A stretch of DNA of 64,000 bases from Polyangiales bacterium (GTDB lineage Bacteria; Myxococcota_A; Polyangia; Polyangiales; Polyangiaceae). The position numbers were made by a program, and so were the translations under genes. Within the stretch, counting starts at the first letter, position 1; the number at the start of each line of letters is the position of its first letter. Shown here one piece after another: positions 27,758 to 36,623 of the stretch. Location of the stretch: the NCBI GenBank assembly GCA_038231275.1, contig JBBRLQ010000028.1, positions 1 to 64,000 on the forward strand, given 5' to 3'. The notes below the pieces were generated by a model. The model was not told the origin of the DNA. It searched no databases and worked only from the letters and a program-made list of their open reading frames with translations.

Positions 27758-29656
27758 ATGGAGAATGGCGTCGACCCCGGCAAGGCGCAAGGCGCGTCCG
27801 CGACCGTCGTGCGGGCGAAGAACCAGCTCGGCGCGATCGCGCTCGCCGAAGGCAGGATCTGCGATCACCTCCTCGTCGCCGACGTCGAGCTCCGCCTTTC
27901 CGACGAGGCCAACGCGTTCGGCGGTCGCGTCACGGTGGAGCACGGCAACGCCGGCGCCCTCGCGTCGCGGCTCGAAGCGCTCGCCGCGGAGGGACAACGC
28001 GCCGCGCTGATCGGGACCGCCGCGATCCTCGGCACCGCGCGCGGCACGCTCCGAACGATCGCGGCCCGTAGGCTCCCGGCCGTCGCGCACGCCATCAGTG
28101 ATCGCGGAAGCGCCGAAGCGCTCGGCCTCGCCGATCTCGGGTGGGGCGTGCTCTTCGCGTCGAGCGTCGAGGACTCGCTCGATATGTCGCTCATCGCGCG
28201 GCGCGCCGCCGAGGACTGCGGGACGCCCTTCTTCGTCGTCCACGAGCGGAGTCACGCCGCGCACGTCGAGCCGCTCGCCGCGCCGACGACCGAGCTGTGT
28301 GAGGTGTTCGTGGGGCCCGCGGCGTCGCGCATCCGGAGGGTGACCGATCCGGCGCATCCCTCCCACGCCAACGTGTCGGAGCGCGCGTTCGCCGAGCGCG
28401 TGCCGTTCGCGCTCGGCAGCGCGATGCGTGAGCTCGAGTCGCTCACGGGTCGCCGCCACGACGTGCTCGAGCGCATCCCGGCGACCGACACACAGGTCGT
28501 CATGGTCGCGATGGGCGAGATCGGCGAGACGCTCTTCGGCGAGGTGGAGCGCCTGCGCGCGCAGGGCCACGACGTGGGCGCGGTGAAGCTGAGCGCGTTT
28601 CGACCGTTCCCGGGGCCGCGTCTGGTGAAGGTGCTGTCGCGCGCGGCAGTCATCAGCGTCATCGAGACGGTCGACCAGCCGCTCGCGCAGTCGAACCCGC
28701 TCACGCGCGAGATCAAGGCGGCCTTCGCCGACGCGCTCACGTGGGCCCCGGACTACCCGGGCGTCGGCCGGATTCCGCGCGTCGTCTCCGGCGTCGCGCA
28801 CACGGGCACCCACGAGATCGAGGCGCACGACATCGACGCGATCCTCCACAACATGCTGAAGGGCGACGACCGCAGCAAGCGCAGCTTCGTCTTCTCCGAG
28901 GATCCGGCGCACGCGCTCGAAGGCGCGCCGTCGTCGATCGCCGGGGCAGTGGCGACGGCGCCGCGAGGCTTCGTGATGCGCGGGCGTGTGGGCGACGCGC
29001 AGGTGGCCGACGCGTGCGCGGAGCTGTGCGCGTCGCTCGTCCATTCTGCCTTTGGCCTGCGCGCGCGCGGCTCGACACGGCCTACGAGCGGCGCTGACGG
29101 CGAGGGCTTCACGTTCGACGTCGTCGCCTCGCGCGAAGGGCGCCGCGGCAGTCACCCCCCGCACGCGCTCCGCGTCGTCGCGCTCGGCGACACCGCCGTC
29201 CTCTTGAAGGGAAATCCCATCGCGCGCCTCGGCGACGGGGGAGTTCTCGCGATCCCCTCGGCGCATCGTACGGCGGAGGGGGTATGGGGCGAGCTTCCGC
29301 CGTACGCGAAGGCGATCGTCTTCGATCGCGGCGCGCGCGTGATCGGCTTCGCGCCGCCGCCGGCCGACGCGCCGACGGTGGACGCACCTTGGCTCGCCGC
29401 CGCGACGTTCGCGGGCATCGCGCTGGCGTGCGTCGCGCCCTCGGGTTCACGCGCGCTCGAGCCGTCGCTCGTCGCGCGCGAGGTTCATGCCGCGCTCCAG
29501 CTCGCGCTCGGCGCGTCCCGCGAGGCCCTCGTCTCGCGCGGCGCGACGCTCGCGCGCGCGGCGTTCGAGGCCTCGGTCGAGGTACCACGCGCGACGATCG
29601 AGAAGGACGAAGAGTCGGTCCGGCTCGGCCGTCGCGACGCCCGCGCTGCGCGCTAG
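27758..29656 (+). CDS. Degenerate pyruvate:ferredoxin oxidoreductase-like protein (alpha/II/gamma-like domains only)
   Basis: LFASSVEDSLD, VMVAMGEIGET…GHDVGAVKLSAFRPFPG resemble PFOR/NifJ; no YPITP motif, no ferredoxin Cys motifs, no TPP-binding beta domain. Confidence 0.7.
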   Translation: MENGVDPGKAQGASATVVRAKNQLGAIALAEGRICDHLLVADVELRLSDEANAFGGRVTVEHGNAGALASRLEALAAEGQRAALIGTAAILGTARGTLRTIAARRLPAVAHAISDRGSAEALGLADLGWGVLFASSVEDSLDMSLIARRAAEDCGTPFFVVHERSHAAHVEPLAAPTTELCEVFVGPAASRIRRVTDPAHPSHANVSERAFAERVPFALGSAMRELESLTGRRHDVLERIPATDTQVVMVAMGEIGETLFGEVERLRAQGHDVGAVKLSAFRPFPGPRLVKVLSRAAVISVIETVDQPLAQSNPLTREIKAAFADALTWAPDYPGVGRIPRVVSGVAHTGTHEIEAHDIDAILHNMLKGDDRSKRSFVFSEDPAHALEGAPSSIAGAVATAPRGFVMRGRVGDAQVADACAELCASLVHSAFGLRARGSTRPTSGADGEGFTFDVVASREGRRGSHPPHALRVVALGDTAVLLKGNPIARLGDGGVLAIPSAHRTAEGVWGELPPYAKAIVFDRGARVIGFAPPPADAPTVDAPWLAAATFAGIALACVAPSGSRALEPSLVAREVHAALQLALGASREALVSRGATLARAAFEASVEVPRATIEKDEESVRLGRRDARAAR

Positions 29657-29670
29657 GGACCGGATCGAGC

Positions 29671-30366
29671 TCAGTAGAAATTCTGCGTCGCCCACCAGTC
29701 GCCCTTGGCGGTCTGGTAGAAGCCGCACGACACCTTGGTGCGCGTCGTCGTCGCCATGTTCTCGTAGTGGCCGCCGCCGGGGCCCTCGGCCCACATCATC
29801 GCGAGGCAATCGACGATGAGCTGCCCCGGCGGACCAGGCCAGCCCGGGCACTCGTCCTGCGCGGTCTCGCCGCACGTTCCGAACGCACCGTGCGGCGTGT
29901 TCGAGTCGCCGTCGCTCTTCGCCTCGCCGTCGGTGCAGACCTCCTTCGCGAAGTACTGCTGGAGCGGCGCGCGCGTAGGGTTGGTCAGCGTCGCGCGGTA
30001 CGCGTTGATCTTGTCGACGCACGTCGCGCGCGCGGCGGTCATCGGGTCGGTGGGGCCGGTGTCGGGCGCACTGGTGTCCTTCGCCGCGTCCTTGCCGCCG
30101 TCCGTCCCGCCACTCGACGTGCTGCCGCTCGTGCCGCCGCTGCCCGACGCTCCGCTCGTCCCGCCCGATGCTCCGCTCGTCCCGCTCGACGTGCCGCTGC
30201 TGCCCGAGCTCGCTCCGCCCGACGCGCCGGAGCTCGCCCCTCCGCTGCTGCCGCTCGACGCGCCGCCGCTGCTGCCCCCGCCGCCGAGCGTGTTCTCGTC
30301 GGTCGACGAGCAGGCCCACACGAGCGCACCGACGACCACGGGAGCGAGGAGGCTTCGTGCGCGCAT
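29671..30366 (-). CDS. CAP/SCP-domain lipoprotein with Gly-Ser linker
   Basis: Lipobox VWAC; (G/S) low-complexity tract; INAYRA, MWAEGPGGGHYENM, VSCGFY, WATQNF. Confidence 0.85.
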   Translation of the reverse strand: MRARSLLAPVVVGALVWACSSTDENTLGGGGSSGGASSGSSGGASSGASGGASSGSSGTSSGTSGASGGTSGASGSGGTSGSTSSGGTDGGKDAAKDTSAPDTGPTDPMTAARATCVDKINAYRATLTNPTRAPLQQYFAKEVCTDGEAKSDGDSNTPHGAFGTCGETAQDECPGWPGPPGQLIVDCLAMMWAEGPGGGHYENMATTTRTKVSCGFYQTAKGDWWATQNFY

Positions 30367-30421
30367 CCACGGAATCTAGCAGTGTCACCGCCTTTCGGCG
30401 AGGCCCCGCCCGCGCTCGTTC

Positions 30422-32086
30422 TCAGGCCGTTTTCACCGCCGCCGCCACGGACAGCCCCAGCTCTCCCACAGCGATCTCACGCATCCTGTATTTTTGCACT
30501 TTGCCGGTAATGGTCATCGGAAACTCCGTCACGAACCGCCAGTACTTCGGGATCTTGAACGTGGCGATGCGGCCCGTGCAGTGCGTGACGAGATCGGCGT
30601 CGGTGAGCGTCACGTCGGGCTTGGTCCGCACCCACGCCATCACCTCTTCGCCGTAGCGCTCGCTCGGCACGCCGATGACCTGCGCCTCGCTTACGCCGGG
30701 GTGCGAGTGGAGGAACTCCTCGATCTCGCGCGGGTACACGTTCTCGCCGCCGCGGATGATCATGTCCTTGATGCGGCCGACGATGTTCACGTAGCCGGCG
30801 GCGTCCATCGTGGCCAGATCCCCCGTGTGCATCCATCGGCCGGCGTCGATCGACGCGCGCGTCGCGGCCTCGTTGCCGTAGTAGCCAAGCATGACGCTGT
30901 AGCCGCGCGTGCAGAGCTCGCCGGAGCTGCCGCGCGGGATGACGGCGCCGGACTCCGGGTCGACGATCTTCACCTCCACGTGGGGGTGAACGCGCCCGAC
31001 CGAGCCGACGCGCTTGTCGAGCGGATCGTCGGAGGTGGTCTGCGTGGAGACCGGCGAGGTCTCGGTCATGCCGTAACAGATCGTCACCTCGCGCATGTGC
31101 ATCCGCTCGTTGACCTGCTTCATCACCTCCACCGGGCACGGCGAGCCGGCCATGATGCCGGTCCGCAGCGTCGAGAGATCGAACTCGGCGAAGCGCGGGT
31201 GATCGAGCTCCGCGATGAACATGGTGGGCACGCCGTGGAGGCCCGTGCATTTTTCGGCCGCGACGGTCTCGAGGACGAGGAGCGGATCGAACGCCTCGCC
31301 GGGAATGATCATCGCGGCGCCGTGCGACGTGCACGCGAGGTTGCCGAGGACCATGCCGAAGCAGTGGTAGAAGGGGACCGGGATGCAGATGCGATCCTTC
31401 TCGGTCAGGCGCATCGTCTCACCGACGAAGAAGCCGTTGTTCAGCACATTGTGGTGCGAGAGCGTCGCGCCCTTCGGGAAGCCGGTGGTGCCGGACGTGT
31501 ATTGGATGTTGATCGCGTCGTCGAACTGCAGCTCCGCCTCGCGCGCGGCGAGGGTCTCGGGCTCGACGTGGCGGGCGTTCTCCTCGAGCATGCCCCAGTC
31601 GTCGTCGAGCACGAGCGAGAGGCGGAGGCTCGGGCACGCGTGGCGGACGGCGGCGAGCATTCCGACGAAGTCGCTCTGTCGAAACCCGCGCGCGAGGAGG
31701 AGCACGCTCGTGCCGGACTGGTTCAGCGCATATTCGAGCTCGGCTGTCTTGTACGCCGGGTTGAGGTTCACCAGCACGGCGCCGATGCGCGCGGTCGCGT
31801 ACTGCACGACGACCCACTCCCAGCGGTTGGGCGACCAGATGCCGACGCGATCGCCGCGCTTCACGCCGAGCGCGATGAGGCCCCGCGCCGCGCGTGACGT
31901 CTGCTCCCAGAGCTCCGCGTAGGTCGCGCGGAAGCCCTGCGCGCGCACGACGAGGGCGTCACGGTCTCCGAACGACGCGACCGCGCGCCGGAGGTTCTGC
32001 CCGATCGTCTCCCCGAGTAGGGGCGTCGAGGTGGTGCCGTGGGAGTAGGCGAGGAAGGGGGAGGCGGAGGGGGAGGAGGCCGTCAT
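30422..32086 (-). CDS. AMP-binding acyl-CoA synthetase (ACSF2/FadD-like)
   Basis: [47 protein letters not shown]. Confidence 0.93.
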   Translation of the reverse strand: MTASSPSASPFLAYSHGTTSTPLLGETIGQNLRRAVASFGDRDALVVRAQGFRATYAELWEQTSRAARGLIALGVKRGDRVGIWSPNRWEWVVVQYATARIGAVLVNLNPAYKTAELEYALNQSGTSVLLLARGFRQSDFVGMLAAVRHACPSLRLSLVLDDDWGMLEENARHVEPETLAAREAELQFDDAINIQYTSGTTGFPKGATLSHHNVLNNGFFVGETMRLTEKDRICIPVPFYHCFGMVLGNLACTSHGAAMIIPGEAFDPLLVLETVAAEKCTGLHGVPTMFIAELDHPRFAEFDLSTLRTGIMAGSPCPVEVMKQVNERMHMREVTICYGMTETSPVSTQTTSDDPLDKRVGSVGRVHPHVEVKIVDPESGAVIPRGSSGELCTRGYSVMLGYYGNEAATRASIDAGRWMHTGDLATMDAAGYVNIVGRIKDMIIRGGENVYPREIEEFLHSHPGVSEAQVIGVPSERYGEEVMAWVRTKPDVTLTDADLVTHCTGRIATFKIPKYWRFVTEFPMTITGKVQKYRMREIAVGELGLSVAAAVKTA

Positions 32087-32213
32087 CGCCGGGATCCTAC
32101 GCCCGGGCAGGTCTCGCAAAATAAAAGTCGAGGCCTGTCGATCCTGGCGTGGCTCGCGCGTCGTCTGTTCGGAAGCCGCGAAGCGACGCGGCACCCAAAT
32201 GTTGGAGATCACA

Positions 32214-32978
32214 ATGAGCAAGACCAATTCGACCGGGCGTTTCCTCTGGCAGGAGCTGATCACCACGGACCCGAAGACGGCGCACGCCTTCTACGGCGAG
32301 CTCTTCGGGTGGAAGACCGCCGCGATGGACATGGGGGCGGGCGGCCCGTACACGATCTTCAAGTCCGGCGACAAGGACGTCGGCGGCGGGCTCTCGGCCG
32401 AGCGCTCGAAGGGGCTGCCGCCGCATTGGAATGTCTACTTCTCGACGCCCAACGCCGACGCGACGGTCGAGACCGTGAAGGCGAACGGCGGCAAGGTGAT
32501 GAGCCCGGCGTGGGACATCCCGAACATCGGCCGCGCGGCGGTCCTCGTCGATCCGCAGGGGACGAGCTTCTCGATCCTCACGTCGACCGACGAGCGCCCG
32601 GAGACCGAGGCGAAGCCGGCGGCCGGCGAGTTCTGCTGGGTCGAGGGGATCGTCGACGACACCGCGAAGGCGCTCGCCTTCTACGGCAAGGTGTTCGGCT
32701 GGACCTCCAAGGAGACCGACATGGGCGAGGCTGGCGCGTACCAGCACCTCTCGCGCGCGGGCGGCAAGCCGGCGGGGGGCATCACCAAGAAGCGCATGGA
32801 CGGGCCGAACGCATGGCTCTCGTACGTGGCGGTCGACGACGTCGACGCGTCCGTGAAGCGCGCCGCTCGCCTGCGCGGCACGGTGCTCGCGCCCGCGACG
32901 TCGGTGCCGGGCATCGGGCGGTTCGCTGTGCTCCAGGATCCGACGGGCGCGGTGTTCGCGATCTTCAAGGGGGAGTGA
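32214..32978 (+). CDS. Two-domain VOC/glyoxalase family protein
   Basis: Duplicated WxEL/E…AFYGxLFGW…W..Y..V.D.D…G.V….IPxxGR.A…DPxG. Confidence 0.9.
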   Translation: MSKTNSTGRFLWQELITTDPKTAHAFYGELFGWKTAAMDMGAGGPYTIFKSGDKDVGGGLSAERSKGLPPHWNVYFSTPNADATVETVKANGGKVMSPAWDIPNIGRAAVLVDPQGTSFSILTSTDERPETEAKPAAGEFCWVEGIVDDTAKALAFYGKVFGWTSKETDMGEAGAYQHLSRAGGKPAGGITKKRMDGPNAWLSYVAVDDVDASVKRAARLRGTVLAPATSVPGIGRFAVLQDPTGAVFAIFKGE

Positions 32979-33744
32979 AGTGTAGGCGCGACGCGCGCCA
33001 GCTGGTCGCGGCGCCGACGATCGCGAGCGCGAGCCACTGCGTCGACGTCACGCCCCACGCGCCTCGCGCGAGATCGCCTCGCGCGAGGTCCGTGCACGCG
33101 CGCAGCACGGCGAAGGAGACGAGGACCCTCGCCATGCGCGCGCCTGCCGGGCCACGGGTCGGCGCGGTCGCGACGAACGCGAGCGCGACGCCGGCCGCGA
33201 GCTCGTAGAGCTGCACCGGGTGAACGGGGAGGGTCCACGCGTCTCCCGGTGCGATGAGACCGCGCGCGCTTTGCCCCGCGAACGCGGCGGTGCCTTGCGG
33301 ATATCGGATCGCCCACGGGGCGTCGCTCGGCGCGCCGTAGTCGCACCCGGCGAAGAAGCAGCCTCCGCGCGCCGTCGCGAGCATGGGTCCGACGGCGTAG
33401 GCCAGCTCGTCGAGCGCGCGCGCAGGTGAGATGCCGCGACGCCCGCTCGCGAGGACGAAGCCGAGCGCGAGACCGACGAGCGCGCCGGTGCCCGCGAGCT
33501 CGATCTCCGGCGGCGGTCCGCGCCGGGCCGCGAGCCACGAGGCCCAACCCAGGCCGCCGCCGAACGCCAGCGCGCCGAGCACGGCGACGAGGAGCCCGAT
33601 CGCGAATGGCCGAAGCGCGTGGCGTCCTGTGGCACGAAGCAAGACGACGCCGCCGGTGACGATCGCCACGAGCTGCCAGAGCTCCCAGCGTCCCCACCAG
33701 GCGTCGTGCCCCGCCGCGAACAGGTGCTCGAGCCACGCTCCCAC
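32965..33744 (-). CDS. Prolipoprotein diacylglyceryl transferase (Lgt)-like membrane protein
   Basis: ARGGCFFAGCDYG, PWAIRYP, HPVQLYE, multiple TMs; GTG start at 33744 is inferred. Confidence 0.78.
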   Translation of the reverse strand: MGAWLEHLFAAGHDAWWGRWELWQLVAIVTGGVVLLRATGRHALRPFAIGLLVAVLGALAFGGGLGWASWLAARRGPPPEIELAGTGALVGLALGFVLASGRRGISPARALDELAYAVGPMLATARGGCFFAGCDYGAPSDAPWAIRYPQGTAAFAGQSARGLIAPGDAWTLPVHPVQLYELAAGVALAFVATAPTRGPAGARMARVLVSFAVLRACTDLARGDLARGAWGVTSTQWLALAIVGAATSWRASRLHFTPP

Positions 33745-33758
33745 GACGTTTGCGCTCT

Positions 33759-33774
33759 TGCAGGCGCGATGCCG
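33759..33774 (-). promoter_or_regulatory. sigma54-like promoter of Lgt-like gene
   Basis: Minus strand CGGCAT-CGCGC-CTGCA (GG-N10-GC), 14 nt before inferred GTG. Confidence 0.45.
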
Positions 33775-33917
33775 TCCATCGAGATCGTTTCGCGTGCAAC
33801 CTCGTCGCGGACTTGCGGGCGCGGCGCGCGAAGGCGCCTTCGCGGTGCGGAGCGTAGCGTTCGCAACTGGTTGAACCATTCGATGTGTAAATGTTCGAAC
33901 CCTGGTCGGCGGCGCGC

Positions 33918-33933
33918 CGGCGCGGTCGTTGCT
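33918..33933 (+). promoter_or_regulatory. sigma54-like promoter of peptide/ferritin-like operon
   Basis: CGGCGC-GGTCG-TTGCT, upstream of SD GGAGGTG and ATG 33959. Confidence 0.6.
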
Positions 33934-33958
33934 CTTCGGGCCGCCCGGAGGTGACGCG

Positions 33959-34264
33959 ATGAGTGACGACGTTCGTGCGAAGGCGAGGGCGAAGGGTCTA
34001 CGGATGGCGGCGCGCGTGGCCGGTCTCGGTGGGCTGGCGCTCGCCGCCGCGGGGATCGCAGAGGCCCGCGCGACCGAGACGCCGACGGTAACCGCGGCGA
34101 GCAGCACTGCGACGGGCGGCGATTCTTCGCTGCCGCTGGAGGCGTGGCTCCGTCAAACGCGCGGTGGCAATTGTGGATGCTCGCCGTGCTGGGGACCTCC
34201 CGCGCCGCCGCGCAAGGCCCGCTCGATGCACTCGACGCGTCGCGCGGCGACGAGGAGCGCGTGA
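33959..34264 (+). CDS. Small Cys-rich putative precursor peptide (…LRQTRGG-NCGCSPCWGPPAPP…)
   Basis: Strong SD GGAGGTG; basic N-terminus, hydrophobic stretch ending AEARA; GG followed by CxCxxC-WGPP; stop overlaps next start (GTGA). Confidence 0.7.
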   Translation: MSDDVRAKARAKGLRMAARVAGLGGLALAAAGIAEARATETPTVTAASSTATGGDSSLPLEAWLRQTRGGNCGCSPCWGPPAPPRKARSMHSTRRAATRSA

Positions 34265-35043
34265 CGGCGCTCGACTTGCGGCGCGAAGCGGCCCGCGCGC
34301 CGCTCTCGATCCCATTGCCGCCGCTCGATGCCGAGCAGCTCTCGGCCGCGCGCGACAATTGGCGCGAGCGCATGGTGAGCGAGCACGCGTCGGCCCGCGT
34401 CTTCGGCGCCATGCTCGCGCCCATGATGCGGGCTGGCCTTCCCGCCGCCGAGCTGCGCCGCGTCGCGGACATGGCGCGCCAAGAGCTCGATCATGCCGTC
34501 CTCTGCGCGCGCGTGCTGTCCGCACTCGGCGCTCCCGCGGTCCACGAGATGCCGCGCCTCGACGACGTCCCGTTCCATGAGGACGCGTCGCCGCTCGAAG
34601 CAGTCGTGCGCAACGCCATCAGCATCGGGTGTTGCAGCGAGACGGTCGCGGTGGCCCTCGTCGCGACCGAGCGCGAGCAGGCAGGACCGCCCGCCGTGCG
34701 GCGGGTCCTCGATCAGATCCTGCGAGACGAGGTGAAGCACTCGCGCTTCGGATGGCGCCTGGTGGGGAGCCTCGCGCCGAAGCTGTCAACGCGCGAGAGG
34801 GATGGCGTCGACGCGTACCTGGTCGACGTCTTCTCCCACCAGCTCCGCTTCCATGCGCCGTTTCTCGACATGCCGTCGTCGGACGCGAAGGCCGCTAGTA
34901 TCGGCGCGCCGCACGGCGCCTCCAACTGGGCGATCTTCGTCGACGTGATGCTCGGTGTGGTCATCCCGGGCCTGGAGCGCGCGGGGCTCGGCGCGCACGC
35001 GGCGTGGGCCGAGGCGACGCGAGCCGAGCCCGGAACGGCCTAA
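34261..35043 (+). CDS. Ferritin-like diiron domain protein
   Basis: Four-helix diiron ligand pattern E (MVSEH) … ExxH (QELDH) … E (CSET) … ExxH (DEVKH). Confidence 0.85.
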   Translation: MTALDLRREAARAPLSIPLPPLDAEQLSAARDNWRERMVSEHASARVFGAMLAPMMRAGLPAAELRRVADMARQELDHAVLCARVLSALGAPAVHEMPRLDDVPFHEDASPLEAVVRNAISIGCCSETVAVALVATEREQAGPPAVRRVLDQILRDEVKHSRFGWRLVGSLAPKLSTRERDGVDAYLVDVFSHQLRFHAPFLDMPSSDAKAASIGAPHGASNWAIFVDVMLGVVIPGLERAGLGAHAAWAEATRAEPGTA

Positions 35044-35112
35044 AATCAGGACGAAACGCGGTCCGCTGCAACCTCGCGCGCTCCGCCCCCCACTACCGGT
35101 GTGACGGAGGCG

Positions 35113-35394
35113 ATGATGAACCCCTTCTTCCTCACTCCCCAGACCGGACCGACGCCGCCTCTGCCGCTGCGCGTGCGGCTCTTGGCGCTGCGAATTTCTC
35201 CGCCGCTCATCCGGCTGAAGCAAGAAGACCCGGACGATGCGCGGCCTCGCGTGAGACCCGCTCCCAGGCGCCCGCGGATCGTGCTCCTTGGGCTGGTCTT
35301 TGCAGCGTCTGCCGCGGGCGCGTTCGTGGCGGGGACCGCGGCGCGCAACCTCGTGCCGCCGCTCGTCGAGCCCCCGTCGGGCAGGGTGCGATGA
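35113..35394 (+). CDS. Small hypothetical membrane protein
   Basis: SD GGAGG at 35106-35110; one TM segment IVLLGLVFAASAAGAFVAG; ATGA overlap with next ORF. Confidence 0.5.
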   Translation: MMNPFFLTPQTGPTPPLPLRVRLLALRISPPLIRLKQEDPDDARPRVRPAPRRPRIVLLGLVFAASAAGAFVAGTAARNLVPPLVEPPSGRVR

Positions 35395-35675
35395 GTACTC
35401 GGGCCCCTTCAGCTTCTCCGCAACGCGCCGTACTTCCCCTTGCCATGGCCCTGATCACCCATCGCTGCGCCGACTGCGGCACGACGTCTCCCCCCACCGA
35501 GGCCAAATACTCCCTGCTCAGCCTGTCCGGCTGGCGCTCCGTGAACGTCATGGAAGCCGATGGAAGTCAGGGGGAGTGCTGGCGCTGCCCGCCGTGCTGG
35601 CAGGCGCACAAGCAGAAGGGGCGCGCGGTCACGTTAATAAACGTACCGCGCCTGAAAGACCTGACGCGTCGCTGA
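35391..35675 (+). CDS. Small C4 zinc-finger-like protein
   Basis: CADCGTTSP…GWR…WRCPPCW; alternative start 35445. Confidence 0.6.
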   Translation: MSTRAPSASPQRAVLPLAMALITHRCADCGTTSPPTEAKYSLLSLSGWRSVNVMEADGSQGECWRCPPCWQAHKQKGRAVTLINVPRLKDLTRR

Positions 35676-35693
35676 GCGCGCGGCGCAGATCCC

Positions 35694-36623
35694 TCACGGC
35701 TCGAGTGACGCGCGCATCGGGCGACCGGCGAGGGCCGCGCAGCTGACGCCGCAGGCCGTCGCGAGCGACTCGACGTACCCCTCGACCACGAACGCGCGCG
35801 ACGCCGGCTCGGCCTCCGGCGTGACCTGATCGATGGTGACGCGAAGCGTCTTGTCGTCGAGCGTCACCTTCGCGTGACGCGACTTGAGGAGTGACGCGGC
35901 CTCTTCCGGCACCGCGATGCGCGCGCGCAGGCCTTCTCCTCCGACCACCCGCGCGACGATGTCGCCTGTATGCGCAGTGGTGCCGGGCTCGAAGTTCACG
36001 GACGAGACGATCCCGGCGAACGGCGCGCGCAGCTCGCTCTCCTGCAGCGCGACGCGCAGCTGATCGACGCGCGCCTTCATCTCGGCGATGTGCGCCGAGG
36101 CCGACGCCGCCTTCGCGCCCGCGCTCTGGGCCTCGAAGTGCGACTGCGCGGCCTCTTCGCCGGAGACCAGGGCGACGCGTTGCCCGCCAACGTCCACCGT
36201 CGCGTTGCGCCGAGCCGCCCTCTTGCGCGCCGCGAGGTACTCGGAGCCGGCGCCCGCCGCCTCGGCCCGCGCCACCTTGAGCTGCGCCTCGGCGATCGCG
36301 AGATCGTGCTGCCGCTCGCGCAGGTCGAACGCGACGATCACGTCACCGGCCTTCACCGCCTGGCCGGCCTTCGCGCGGATCTCGAGGACCTTGCCGTCGG
36401 CGCGCGGCGAGAGATTCGCCATCTGCGGCGGCAGGAGCACTCCGACGAAGTCGTTCGTGATGTGGGCGCCCGCCGGCTGCGCCTGCGCCTTCGCAGCGTC
36501 ACGCGGCGCCTCGCCGGCCTCGCTCTTACGCGTCAAGAGCATTCCGACGAGCGGCGCTCCGACGAGGACCACGATCGCGAGCACCGCCTTCGCTGCCCAC
36601 CTCGTCCACACGCGCGCGCTCAT
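35694..36623 (-). CDS. Membrane fusion (periplasmic adaptor) protein
   Basis: N-terminal TM; lipoyl half motifs SPRADGKV…GQAVKAGDVI and ELRAPFAGIV; coiled-coil hairpin; ATGA overlap with PCAT stop. Confidence 0.85.
   Translation of the reverse strand: MSARVWTRWAAKAVLAIVVLVGAPLVGMLLTRKSEAGEAPRDAAKAQAQPAGAHITNDFVGVLLPPQMANLSPRADGKVLEIRAKAGQAVKAGDVIVAFDLRERQHDLAIAEAQLKVARAEAAGAGSEYLAARKRAARRNATVDVGGQRVALVSGEEAAQSHFEAQSAGAKAASASAHIAEMKARVDQLRVALQESELRAPFAGIVSSVNFEPGTTAHTGDIVARVVGGEGLRARIAVPEEAASLLKSRHAKVTLDDKTLRVTIDQVTPEAEPASRAFVVEGYVESLATACGVSCAALAGRPMRASLEP

Noticed and set aside
30105..30290. Low-complexity repeat tract
   Set aside because: Gly-Ser linker of the CAP lipoprotein
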